Source: Pasteurella multocida
Lineage (GTDB): Bacteria > Pseudomonadota > Gammaproteobacteria > Enterobacterales > Pasteurellaceae
Assembly (NCBI RefSeq): GCF_900187275.1
Contig: NZ_LT906458.1
Coordinates: 330,001 to 362,000 of the forward strand
Length of the DNA stretch: 32,000 nt
Direction: 5' to 3'
The notes under the pieces were generated by a model. The model had not been told where the DNA came from and did not search any database. It saw only the letters and a list, made by a program, of their open reading frames with translations. The first letter of the stretch is position 1, and every line of letters begins with the position of its first letter. Positions 21,445 through 32,000 of this stretch are shown one piece after another. A program made the translations under genes and the position numbers.

Positions 21445-22161
21445 ATGAAGTTACTTATTTCTAATCAACATGGTGCCATCGTGATGGCATTATTGCCATT
21501 CTTATATGGTCTGTTTTCCTCTCAGCCTGTTTGGCAACATCTCTTTTTATTTTTCGCCTGGGCGGCACTTTATCTCATGACATACCCGTTCTTAAATTTG
21601 TTTAAAGGGCGCAATATGGCAATGAATATAAAATGGAGCTTGATTTACGGCGGAACAAGTTTGCTGTTTGCTTTACCGGCACTGTATTATAACTGGCACA
21701 TTTTATATTTTTTACTGGCTATGCTGCCTTTGGTTGCGGTCAATATTTATTATGTGAAGCAGAAAAATGAACGTGCGTTGTTAAATGACTTTGCGGGCAT
21801 CGCTATTTTTGCGCTTGCTGGAATGGTCTCGTATTATTTTGCGGAACGTGCATTTGATCGGCAAATTTGGCTCGTTGCACTTTATCCAAGCTTATTTTTT
21901 ATCGCCACTACACTTTATGTGAAGTCGGTATTACGTGAACGGAAAAATCCATTTTATTTAAAAGCGTCTATTATTTTTCATTTTCTTTGTGTTGTGATAT
22001 TTTTACCTTTCCAACAATATGGGCTCGCATTAGCTTATTTCCCCGCACTGCTCCGTGCGATTTGGCTACCTCGAATGAAACTGAGTGTGAAACAAGTGGG
22101 GTTAGCGGAAATGGTTGTGTCATTGCTCTTTTTTGTTTTACTCTTGCTTGCGACGTTATAA
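21445..22161 (+). CDS. YwiC-like family membrane protein
   Basis: MKLLISNQHGAIVMALLPFLYG..., polytopic; start trimmed to 21445. Confidence 0.7.
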   Translation: MKLLISNQHGAIVMALLPFLYGLFSSQPVWQHLFLFFAWAALYLMTYPFLNLFKGRNMAMNIKWSLIYGGTSLLFALPALYYNWHILYFLLAMLPLVAVNIYYVKQKNERALLNDFAGIAIFALAGMVSYYFAERAFDRQIWLVALYPSLFFIATTLYVKSVLRERKNPFYLKASIIFHFLCVVIFLPFQQYGLALAYFPALLRAIWLPRMKLSVKQVGLAEMVVSLLFFVLLLLATL

Positions 22162-22170
22162 GGTATTGGT

Positions 22171-22899
22171 ATGAAGAAAACGATTCTGTTCATATTCAGT
22201 GTGTTTTTATCCGGTGTGGTGCACGCACAGTCTGCACCGGTTTCTCCTGAACTGTCAGCTGTCTTGCCACAGACAGCACCAACTGCAACGGGAGCAGAGC
22301 AGCACATTTCGGCACTGAATGCATCTGAACTGAGTGATGAAGCTCGTCGCGAATTAATTCGCGAGGCAGCCGATAAAAAAGAGTGGACACGGGCGTTTGA
22401 GCTGATTTTACCACTTGCTTTAAAAGGGGATTACCAGGCACAAGCTAATCTTGGTATTTTGTATGCACGTGGTCAAGGTGTTCCACAAGATTTCGAAAAA
22501 GCCTATTGGTGGTTTAGCGAAGCAGCCGAAAAGGGTAGCATTAAAGCCATCAATAATTTGGCCGTTTTTTACTTACAAGGTCATGGTGTCAAGCAAGATA
22601 TTCGCCACAGCATTACGTTATTTGAAAAAACTGCCAATTCAGGATCATTGGATGCGATGCTGGTGCTAGGGCAAATCTATGAAAACGAATTAAATCAAAT
22701 GACCCAAGCTTTCAAATGGTATAAAAAAGCGGCAGAAGCGGGTAATCACGATGCACAATTTCGTTTAGCGGTGATGTATGAGAATGGTGAAGGAACCAAG
22801 AAAAATAAAAAACAAGCTGTTTATTGGTATCAGAAGGTGTCTGTTCAGCAAAATGAATTAGCGGCATTAGCCCAAGAGCGTTTATCTCGCCTACAATAA
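22171..22899 (+). CDS. Sel1-repeat (tetratricopeptide-like) exported protein
   Basis: Signal peptide plus repeats such as AQANLGILYARGQGVPQDFEKAYWWFSEAAEKG. Confidence 0.88.
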   Translation: MKKTILFIFSVFLSGVVHAQSAPVSPELSAVLPQTAPTATGAEQHISALNASELSDEARRELIREAADKKEWTRAFELILPLALKGDYQAQANLGILYARGQGVPQDFEKAYWWFSEAAEKGSIKAINNLAVFYLQGHGVKQDIRHSITLFEKTANSGSLDAMLVLGQIYENELNQMTQAFKWYKKAAEAGNHDAQFRLAVMYENGEGTKKNKKQAVYWYQKVSVQQNELAALAQERLSRLQ

Positions 22900-22901
22900 T
22901 T

Positions 22902-22925
22902 AAGAGGGATGTGACCATCCCTCTT
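22902..22925 (+). terminator. Terminator of the Sel1-repeat gene, abutting the parC stop
   Basis: AAGAGGGATG-TGAC-CATCCCTCTT followed by T run to 22930; parC stop begins at 22931. Confidence 0.85.
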
Positions 22926-22930
22926 TTTTT

Positions 22931-25183
22931 CTACTCACTGTCTGGTGTGAGCAATTCAATATCTGCATGACTGTGCAAACCACGTGGTAATTGCGTGCCT
23001 TTGCGTCCACGCTCTGCACTGAATTTCTGCCAATCTTCAGGCTTTAACGTGATCTTCCGTTTGCCAGCATGGAAAACGAGGCTGGTTTGTTCGTTAATTA
23101 AAAATAACCGAACTAATAGCTCCGTTCGTGCCTTCGCATGTGCGGCAGGAATCGTCACAATTTTATTGCCTTTCCCCTTCGCTAAAGAAGGCAAATCTTT
23201 CACTGGGAAAATCAACATTCTGCCTGCCGAGGTTAAGGCAACCAAACGGGCATTTTCATTATCTATTCGCAGAGGGGTTAAGACTTTGGCATTCTCAGGT
23301 AATGAAATCAGGGCTTTACCGGCTTTATTCCGCGCAATCAGATCATCAAATTGACAAATAAATCCATAGCCAGCATCAGATGCCATCAGGAGTGCTTGCT
23401 TGTCTTGTTCCATTAACACATGCTCAACACTAGCACCTGCAGGCAAGCTGAGTTTGCCTGTGAGCGGTTCGCCTTGTGAGCGAGCAGAAGGTAAACTTAA
23501 CGGATCTAAAGCGTAACTTCGTCCTGTGCTGTCGATAAACACGGCGGCTTGATTACTCTTACCATAAGCATGGGATAAGTATTTGTCACCGGCTTTATAG
23601 CTGAGATTTTGCACATCGATATCATGCCCTTTGGCACAACGTACCCAACCCATTTCAGACAGAATAACAGTGACAGGCTCAGCAGGCGTCATGTCGCTTT
23701 CGGAGATTGCTTTGGCTTCTGCGCGTTGGACTAATGGTGACAAACGCGGACTCGCATAAGTTTGAGCGTCTTGCTGAATTTCTTTTTTGATTAGCGTATT
23801 TAAACGGCGTTCAGACCCTAAGATTAGCTGTAAACTGTCACGTTCTTCTTCTAAACGATCTTTTTCCGCTTGTAATTCATTTTCTTCTAATTTGGCTAAG
23901 TGGCGTAAGCGTAAATTCAAAATTGCTTCTGCTTGTGTTTCACTTAATCCGAAACGATCGATTAACGCGGCTTTAGGCTCATCTTCATGACGAATAACGT
24001 GGATTACTTCGTCAATATTCAGATAAGCAATCAGTAAACCTTGTAAAATATGCAGACGATCTAATACTTTATTGAGACGATATTGCAAACGACGCGTTAC
24101 AGTAGTACGACGGAACTGTAGCCATTCCGTCAGAATTTGCACCAGATTTTTCACCGCAGGTTTATTATCTAAACCAATCATGTTCATGTTGACACGATAA
24201 CTTTTTTCAAGATCGGTAGTAGCAAATAAGTGTGCCATTAAAGCATCCACATCCACACGGTTAGAACGGGGTATCAACACAATCCGAATTGGGTTTTCGT
24301 GATCCGCCTCATCGCGAATATCTTCAACCATCGGCAATTTTTTAGCACTCATTTGCTCGGCAATTTGTGCAATGACTTTTGATGGTGAGGCTTGATGTGG
24401 TAGAGCAGTAATAATGATTTCGCCGTCTTCTTTTTTCCACACTGCGCGCATTCTTACCGATCCACGACCTTGTTCATAGAGTTTACGAATATCCTCTTTC
24501 GATGAGATGATTTCCGCTTCTGTTGGGTAGTCTGGACCTTGTACCACAGTTAACAGATCATCCAAGCTCGCTTTTGGGTTATCAATTAGCATCACAGCGG
24601 CTTCAGCAAGCTCATTGATATTATGGGGTGGAATATCGGTCGCCATACCCACAGCAATACCGGTTGTACCATTCAATAAAATATGCGGCAGTCGAGATGG
24701 TAAATATTGGGGTTCTTCTAATGTGCCATCAAAATTCGGTTGATAGTCCACTGTCCCTTGCCCTAACTCAGATAATAAAATATCAGCAATTTTAGCGAGC
24801 CGCGATTCAGTATAACGCATCGCAGCAAAGGATTTCGGATCATCAGGTGCGCCCCAGTTACCTTGTCCATCCACTAATGGGTAACGATAAGAAAAGGGTT
24901 GTGCCATCAAGACCATGGCTTCATAACAAGCTGAATCACCATGTGGGTGAAATTTACCGAGCACATCACCGACAGTCCGCGCCGATTTTTTATATTTTGC
25001 CGCAGCATTTAAGCCAAGTTCAGACATGGCATAAATAATACGACGTTGTACCGGTTTTAAGCCGTCGCCAATAAAAGGCAATGCGCGATCCATAATGACG
25101 TACATGGAGTAGTTGAGATAGGCTTTTTCAGTAAACTCGCGTAATGGGGTTTGTTCAATGCCTTCGTAGTTGATTATATTCAT
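22931..25183 (-). CDS. parC: DNA topoisomerase IV subunit A
   Basis: 750 aa; [49 protein letters not shown]. Confidence 0.97.
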   Translation of the reverse strand: MNIINYEGIEQTPLREFTEKAYLNYSMYVIMDRALPFIGDGLKPVQRRIIYAMSELGLNAAAKYKKSARTVGDVLGKFHPHGDSACYEAMVLMAQPFSYRYPLVDGQGNWGAPDDPKSFAAMRYTESRLAKIADILLSELGQGTVDYQPNFDGTLEEPQYLPSRLPHILLNGTTGIAVGMATDIPPHNINELAEAAVMLIDNPKASLDDLLTVVQGPDYPTEAEIISSKEDIRKLYEQGRGSVRMRAVWKKEDGEIIITALPHQASPSKVIAQIAEQMSAKKLPMVEDIRDEADHENPIRIVLIPRSNRVDVDALMAHLFATTDLEKSYRVNMNMIGLDNKPAVKNLVQILTEWLQFRRTTVTRRLQYRLNKVLDRLHILQGLLIAYLNIDEVIHVIRHEDEPKAALIDRFGLSETQAEAILNLRLRHLAKLEENELQAEKDRLEEERDSLQLILGSERRLNTLIKKEIQQDAQTYASPRLSPLVQRAEAKAISESDMTPAEPVTVILSEMGWVRCAKGHDIDVQNLSYKAGDKYLSHAYGKSNQAAVFIDSTGRSYALDPLSLPSARSQGEPLTGKLSLPAGASVEHVLMEQDKQALLMASDAGYGFICQFDDLIARNKAGKALISLPENAKVLTPLRIDNENARLVALTSAGRMLIFPVKDLPSLAKGKGNKIVTIPAAHAKARTELLVRLFLINEQTSLVFHAGKRKITLKPEDWQKFSAERGRKGTQLPRGLHSHADIELLTPDSE

Positions 25184-25249
25184 AATGATGTTTTATTTTT
25201 ACTTTTAAATCAGATTTTACTAATAGCGGAGAAACTTTTTAAAAAAAGC

Positions 25250-25258
25250 ACCGCACTT
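25250..25258 (-). other. DNA uptake signal sequence core in the parE-parC intergenic region
   Basis: Exact ACCGCACTT. Confidence 0.85.
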
Positions 25259-25449
25259 TTATTGTTCTATATCTTTATCAAATCGCCTTGTAAGTTGCCT
25301 AAACGGAACGATAATTTTTAGGAAAATAACCTTGCGAAATAGCGCGGAGACAAGGTAGTTTCCGTTAAAAAATGTTCTTGATATCAGGAAGCCACTTAAT
25401 CGGTGTGTGGCTACTTTATTTGCATAAGAAAAGCAAGTCGCCATCATCT

Positions 25450-27366
<1,917 letters not shown>

Positions 27367-27468
27367 TTATTTTTTGTGTCAAAAGTTCCAACGAGTGTAG
27401 CAAAAAATGTGTATTTTTGCACTATACTCAAGGGGGCAATCATTCATTTTAGAATCGATTGAAAACGA

Positions 27469-27496
27469 TTGCGCATTCTAATTCCTACGCTATAAT
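27469..27496 (+). promoter_or_regulatory. Candidate sigma70 promoter for nspC (TTGCGC-16-TATAAT)
   Basis: Consensus -10 TATAAT at 27491-27496, partial -35 TTGCGC at 27469-27474. Confidence 0.5.
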
Positions 27497-27550
27497 ACGG
27501 CGCTTTGACAAAGATTGAGATGACGTAACGAACGAAAGAGGTAACTGAAA

Positions 27551-28666
27551 ATGACCACATTACAAACACCTTATTATCTGATTGATAAAAGCAAGTTATT
27601 ACGCAACATGGAAAAAATTGCCTATTTACGTGAAAAATCGGGGGCAAAAGCATTGTTGGCGCTAAAATGTTTTGCAACTTGGGGGGTGTTTGATTTTATG
27701 CGTCAATACATGGATGGCACGACCTCTTCCTCACTTTATGAAGTTAAATTAGGTCGCGAGAAGTTTGGTGGCGAAACCCATGCGTATAGCGTGGCATATT
27801 CGCCTGAAGAAATTGGCGAAGTGGTGGCAAACGCAGATAAAATTATTTTTAACTCCATTAGTCAATTACAGCGTTTTTGTGATCACACCACGCATTTACC
27901 ACGTGGTTTACGTGTAAATCCGCGAGTCAGTACATCGAGTTTTTTATTAGCTGATCCTGCGCGTCCACACAGTCGTTTAGGGGAGTGGGATGTCGCCAAA
28001 ATCCGTGATGTGATGCCATTAATCAATGGGTTTATGTTTCATAATAACTGTGAAAATGAAGATTTTGGTAAGTTTTGTGAGATGTTAGATCGCATTGAAC
28101 AGGAATTTGGTGAATTATTGCATCAGGTCGATTGGGTCAGTCTCGGCGGTGGTATTCACTTTACGGGTGAAAACTATCCTTTAGAGGCATTTGCAGAACG
28201 GTTAAAACAATTTTCTGCAAAATTTGGCGTGCAAGTGTATTTAGAACCCGGTGAAGCCTCGATTACTTTAAGTACAAGTTTAGAAGTCACTGTCTTAGAT
28301 ATTCTCAATAATGGTAAAGAATTGGCGATTGTGGATGCCGCAACAGAAGCACACATGTTAGATCTTTTAATTTATCGTTCTGAAGCTAAATTATTACCAG
28401 ATGCGTTTCAAGGTAAAGGTGACTATCAATATATGGTTTGTGGTAAATCTTGCTTAGCGGGTGATATTTTTGGCGAATACCGCTTTGAGAAACCATTACA
28501 AATTGGTGATCGTATCTCATTTTGTGATGCGGCTGGTTATACTATGGTGAAGAAAAATTGGTTTAATGGCGTGAATATGCCTGCCATTGCGATTAAAGAG
28601 CTCGATGGGCGTATTCGCGTTGTGAAAACATTTGGCTATCAAGATTATGTTGAGAGTTTGTCTTAA
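27551..28666 (+). CDS. nspC: Carboxynorspermidine/carboxyspermidine decarboxylase
   Basis: 371 aa; TPYYLIDKSKLLRNMEKI...KALLALKCFATWGVFDFMRQYMDGTTSSSLYEVKLGREKFGGETHAYS. Confidence 0.92.
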   Translation: MTTLQTPYYLIDKSKLLRNMEKIAYLREKSGAKALLALKCFATWGVFDFMRQYMDGTTSSSLYEVKLGREKFGGETHAYSVAYSPEEIGEVVANADKIIFNSISQLQRFCDHTTHLPRGLRVNPRVSTSSFLLADPARPHSRLGEWDVAKIRDVMPLINGFMFHNNCENEDFGKFCEMLDRIEQEFGELLHQVDWVSLGGGIHFTGENYPLEAFAERLKQFSAKFGVQVYLEPGEASITLSTSLEVTVLDILNNGKELAIVDAATEAHMLDLLIYRSEAKLLPDAFQGKGDYQYMVCGKSCLAGDIFGEYRFEKPLQIGDRISFCDAAGYTMVKKNWFNGVNMPAIAIKELDGRIRVVKTFGYQDYVESLS

Positions 28667-28703
28667 GCAAGAAAAGTGCGGGACGTTTTATCAAAATATT
28701 GAA

Positions 28704-28730
28704 ATGACATTAGGTTGTCATGCCGTTTTT
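28704..28730 (+). terminator. Possible weak terminator after nspC
   Basis: ATGACA-ttaggt-TGTCAT, then gccgttttttt. Confidence 0.4.
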
Positions 28731-28865
28731 TTGTCTTATTATGCCATATGATAGGGCAAACACCTTGCCTGATATTGACTTTTTAGGTTTTCAAAATGTA
28801 TCAGGTTTTTATTAACGCCTATGCCGATCCTTTAGCAAGCTCGGCACCTGGGAGGAAAATGCTAA

Positions 28866-30104
28866 ATGAAAAAAAATGTTTTGGTTATTGGTGCTGGTGG
28901 TGTATCACAAGTTGTGGTACATAAATGCGCACAACACAATGATGTGCTCGGTAAAATCTCAATTGCGTCACGTAAAATTGAGAAGTGTCGAGCGATTGCG
29001 GACTCGGTAGCAGAAAAGGGGAATTTTAAAGTACCCGCAACGATAGATTGTTTTGAAATCGATGTCTTTGATATTGAGGCCACAAAAGCGTTAATTCAAA
29101 AAACAGAATCACAAATCGTGATTAACGTCGGTCCATCATTTGTGAATATGTCAGTGTTACAAGCTTGTATCGAAACTGGAGCAGCCTATATTGATACGGC
29201 AATGCACGAAGATCCAAGTAAAGTGTGTGAAACGCCACCTTGGTATGCTAACTATGAATGGAAACGTCGTGAGTTATGTAAACAAAATAACATCACTGCC
29301 ATTTTAAGTGCGGGCTTTGATCCAGGTGTTGTCAATGCGTATGCCGCTTATGCCGTCAATGATGAATTTGATAGCGTAGAAAGTATCGATATTATTGATA
29401 TTAATGCAGGCAGTCATGGTCGCTACTTTGCCACCAACTTTGATCCAGAAGTGAATTTCCGTGAGTTTACCGGTACCGTATGGAGTTGGCAAAATAGCCA
29501 ATGGGTGTCAAATAAGATGTTTGAAATCAAACGTACAGATGATTTACCTATTGTGGGCATGCAAAACTCTTATTTAACGGGACATGAAGAATTACATTCT
29601 TTATCCACCCACCTAAATGTACCGAATATTCGTTTCTGGATGGGATTTGGTGATCATTACATTAATGTGTTTAATGTCTTGAAAAACTTAGGTCTTTTAT
29701 CTGTGCATCCGGTCAAAACTGCTGAGGGTGTTGAAGTCATTCCTATTAAAGTGGTCAAAGCGGTGTTACCTGATCCAGCATCACTCGCGCCAAATTACAC
29801 CGGCAAAACCTGTATTGGTAACTTGGTAAAAGGTAAAAAAGACGGGAAAGACAAAGAAATCTTTATTTATAATGTGGCAGATCATAAAGAAGCCTATGAA
29901 GAAGTGGGGAGCCAAGGCATTTCTTATACCGCCGGTGTACCAGCGGTTGCTGCGGCATTGTTGATCGCGACAGGGGAATGGGATGTGGGTGAAATGCGTA
30001 ATGTGGAACAGCTCGATCCAAAACCATTCTTGAATTTATTAAATAAAATCGGCTTACCAAACCGCATTAAAGATGAACATGGCGATCGTGAATTAGCCTT
30101 TTAA
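28866..30104 (+). CDS. Carboxynorspermidine/carboxyspermidine dehydrogenase (saccharopine dehydrogenase-like)
   Basis: 412 aa; MKKNVLVIGAGGVSQVVVHKCAQ NAD-binding N-terminus; next to nspC. Confidence 0.88.
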   Translation: MKKNVLVIGAGGVSQVVVHKCAQHNDVLGKISIASRKIEKCRAIADSVAEKGNFKVPATIDCFEIDVFDIEATKALIQKTESQIVINVGPSFVNMSVLQACIETGAAYIDTAMHEDPSKVCETPPWYANYEWKRRELCKQNNITAILSAGFDPGVVNAYAAYAVNDEFDSVESIDIIDINAGSHGRYFATNFDPEVNFREFTGTVWSWQNSQWVSNKMFEIKRTDDLPIVGMQNSYLTGHEELHSLSTHLNVPNIRFWMGFGDHYINVFNVLKNLGLLSVHPVKTAEGVEVIPIKVVKAVLPDPASLAPNYTGKTCIGNLVKGKKDGKDKEIFIYNVADHKEAYEEVGSQGISYTAGVPAVAAALLIATGEWDVGEMRNVEQLDPKPFLNLLNKIGLPNRIKDEHGDRELAF

Positions 30105-30126
30105 TTCCTCGCGTCAGTAAACAGAG

Positions 30127-30159
30127 AAAGCACGAACTGAGTAATCAGACGCGTGCTTT
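30127..30159 (+). terminator. Terminator after carboxynorspermidine synthase gene
   Basis: AAAGCACG ... CGTGCTTT followed by TTTG TTTT. Confidence 0.7.
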
Positions 30160-30259
30160 TTTGTTTTCATAGAGAAAAGATAAACGGTGCTTTCTTTAAT
30201 CAAATTGCCTTGTTACAATGAAAAAATCGTTTTGGTAAAAAAGCTTAGGAATCAAATTG

Positions 30260-31174
30260 ATGAAGAGATTATTGGATTGTACGGCGTCTGATTTTCAGCA
30301 CATGAATGGACAGCAATTAAAGCAAGCGATTCGTGCGAGCGAAGGACGCGTGATTTTGTCTGAAAATATGGTGGCGGTACAACCGCTTTATCCTAATGTA
30401 ACCAATTCAGAGTTAGCCGCTGCATTTGGTGCTGACCTTATTCTGCTGAATTTATTTGATGTTTTTTCACCAAAAATACAGGGATTGGAATCAGATCCTG
30501 CACATACTGTTGTGCAATTAAAACGTTTAGTTGGGCGCCCAATTGGGATTAATTTAGAGCCAGTGGATGAGCATGCCGTGCAAATCGAAACCTTAGATAC
30601 TCTCGCAAAAGGGCGTTTGGCGACGACAGAGGCATTACAGCAAGCGAAAAAATTAGGTTTTGATTTTGTTTGTTTAACCGGTAACCCTAAAACCGGTGTA
30701 ACCAATACGGAAATCGTGCAAGCAATAAAACGAGCAAGAGCGGTATTGGGTGAGGACGGATTAATTATTGCAGGTAAAATGCATGGTGCGGGTGTGGCAA
30801 ACGAAACGGGAAGTGGTTTGATTTCCGAACAGGATTTAGTCAGCTTTATTGAGGCGGGCGCGGATATTATCTTATTAGCCGCACCGGGTACGATTCCAGG
30901 TATGACCGTCGAAAGAGTGGAAAAGTATGTCCAGTTGATCCACGCGAAAGGGGCATTAGCGTTACTCGCTATTGGTACGAGCCAAGAAGGGGCAGATGAG
31001 GCAACGATCCGACAAATTGCACTCAACAGCAAAATGGCAGGTGCCGATTTGTATCATATTGGTGATGCCGGATTTTACGGCATTGCAGTGCCTGAAAACA
31101 TTATGACGTATTCTATCGCCATTCGAGGGCGACGCCATACTTATGTGAGAATGGCATTATCCACCCATCGCTAA
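30260..31174 (+). CDS. Conserved protein resembling the DUF7916/phosphonomutase-like TIM-barrel family
   Basis: 304 aa; RLLDCTASDFQHMNGQQLKQAIRASEGRVILSEN, GFDFVCLTGNPKTGVTN; ATG start at 30260 preferred over TTG 30257. Confidence 0.55.
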   Translation: MKRLLDCTASDFQHMNGQQLKQAIRASEGRVILSENMVAVQPLYPNVTNSELAAAFGADLILLNLFDVFSPKIQGLESDPAHTVVQLKRLVGRPIGINLEPVDEHAVQIETLDTLAKGRLATTEALQQAKKLGFDFVCLTGNPKTGVTNTEIVQAIKRARAVLGEDGLIIAGKMHGAGVANETGSGLISEQDLVSFIEAGADIILLAAPGTIPGMTVERVEKYVQLIHAKGALALLAIGTSQEGADEATIRQIALNSKMAGADLYHIGDAGFYGIAVPENIMTYSIAIRGRRHTYVRMALSTHR

Positions 31175-31205
31175 CTTTTTTTAACTTTTAAAATGTGTAA
31201 TAAAA

Positions 31206-32000
31206 ATGGAAAAACTCGATTTACTTAAACAAAGCTATAATGAATTGCCCTACGTTTCAAAAGGCTTTTCACATACCTTACCAGAAAGACAACGTGCGGT
31301 GTTGTCTTTGCTAGGTTTTCATACGCCTCATATTGAACACGCCAAGGTGCTGGAAATCGGTTGTGGTTTTGGTGGGAACATTATTTCCAGTGCGTTAATT
31401 CATCCGAACGCGCATTTTGTTGGTGTGGATTTATCGGAAACACAAATCGAGGGAGGCAAAGCAATCGTTAATCAGCTTGGTTTAAAAAATGTGGAGTTAC
31501 TTTGCCAAGATATTTCATTTTTCGAAAATTCCAGCATCAAGTTCGATTATATTGTGTGTCACGGTGTATTTAGTTGGGTACCTGAATCCGTTCGTCGCAA
31601 AATTCTAACGGTGATCAAATCCCATTTAAGTGAAAACGGGGCAGCAACGATTTCGTATAATACTTATCCCGGTTGGAAGTCTTTAGAAGCGCTAAAAGAT
31701 ATGATGACATTCCGTGTGGATTTGTTAGCTAAACAAAATATTCATTTATCGATGCGAGAAAAAGTGGCGTATGGTAAGGGAACGGCGGATTTTTTAAGTC
31801 AGTTTGCCTTAGGCGATAAGCGGATGAAAGACGTGGCTGATGGGATTAAAGATAAAGATGAACATTATATTTATCATGAATATTTTGAAGAATATAATCA
31901 GCCACTTTATTTATATGAATTCAATGAATTACTAGAAGAATATGGACTCGCACATATTTGTGATTCTAGCGTGAGTGCGACTTTCCCGATTTTTAAAGAT
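31206..32000 (+). CDS. Class I SAM-dependent methyltransferase, probably with a methyltransferase regulatory domain (3' end outside window)
   Basis: Open frame of 265 codons from ATG 31206; VLEIGCGFGGNIISSALIHPNAHFVGVDLS motif I; truncated by the window end. Confidence 0.8.
   Translation, partial: MEKLDLLKQSYNELPYVSKGFSHTLPERQRAVLSLLGFHTPHIEHAKVLEIGCGFGGNIISSALIHPNAHFVGVDLSETQIEGGKAIVNQLGLKNVELLCQDISFFENSSIKFDYIVCHGVFSWVPESVRRKILTVIKSHLSENGAATISYNTYPGWKSLEALKDMMTFRVDLLAKQNIHLSMREKVAYGKGTADFLSQFALGDKRMKDVADGIKDKDEHYIYHEYFEEYNQPLYLYEFNELLEEYGLAHICDSSVSATFPIFKD

Noticed and set aside
22995-23354. 119 aa plus-strand ORF opposite parC (and similar antisense ORFs in menE, mscK, aroC, dnaX, parE)
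   Set aside because: All lie on the opposite strand of strongly conserved genes and show no family resemblance.

Overview
This is a 32 kb chromosomal segment that looks like a Pasteurellaceae genome. The evidence is repeated 9-mer DNA uptake signal cores (AAGTGCGGT/ACCGCACTT) and gene order close to what I recall for Haemophilus and enterics. It is almost wholly housekeeping content. The order is ispB | rplU-rpmA-(two tandem yhbE-like EamA transporters)-obgE | fur-fldA-ybfE | ybfF | seqA-menE-mscK-aroC-mepA-yfcA-like-lpxM | apt-dnaX | Na+/H+ antiporter | ridA-like | ywiC-like-Sel1 protein | parC, parE | nspC, carboxynorspermidine synthase, a conserved DUF7916-type protein, and a truncated methyltransferase. 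I found no mobile element, CRISPR array, phage, toxin-antitoxin or defence system, and no tRNA or rRNA. The strongest second-look observation is a dnaX internal slippery heptamer, A AAA AAG, inside a run of 10 A's. Both alternative frames stop almost immediately, which predicts a short gamma-like product by ribosomal frameshifting and/or transcriptional slippage. Lesser observations are a tandem duplication of the yhbE-type gene, a leader with mutually exclusive hairpins before carboxynorspermidine synthase, a Fur-box-like site within an inverted repeat upstream of ybfE-fldA-fur, and a hairpin-rich parE-parC intergenic region. I do not see strong evidence for a previously undescribed system here. 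All family names are from reading the translations, without database searches.
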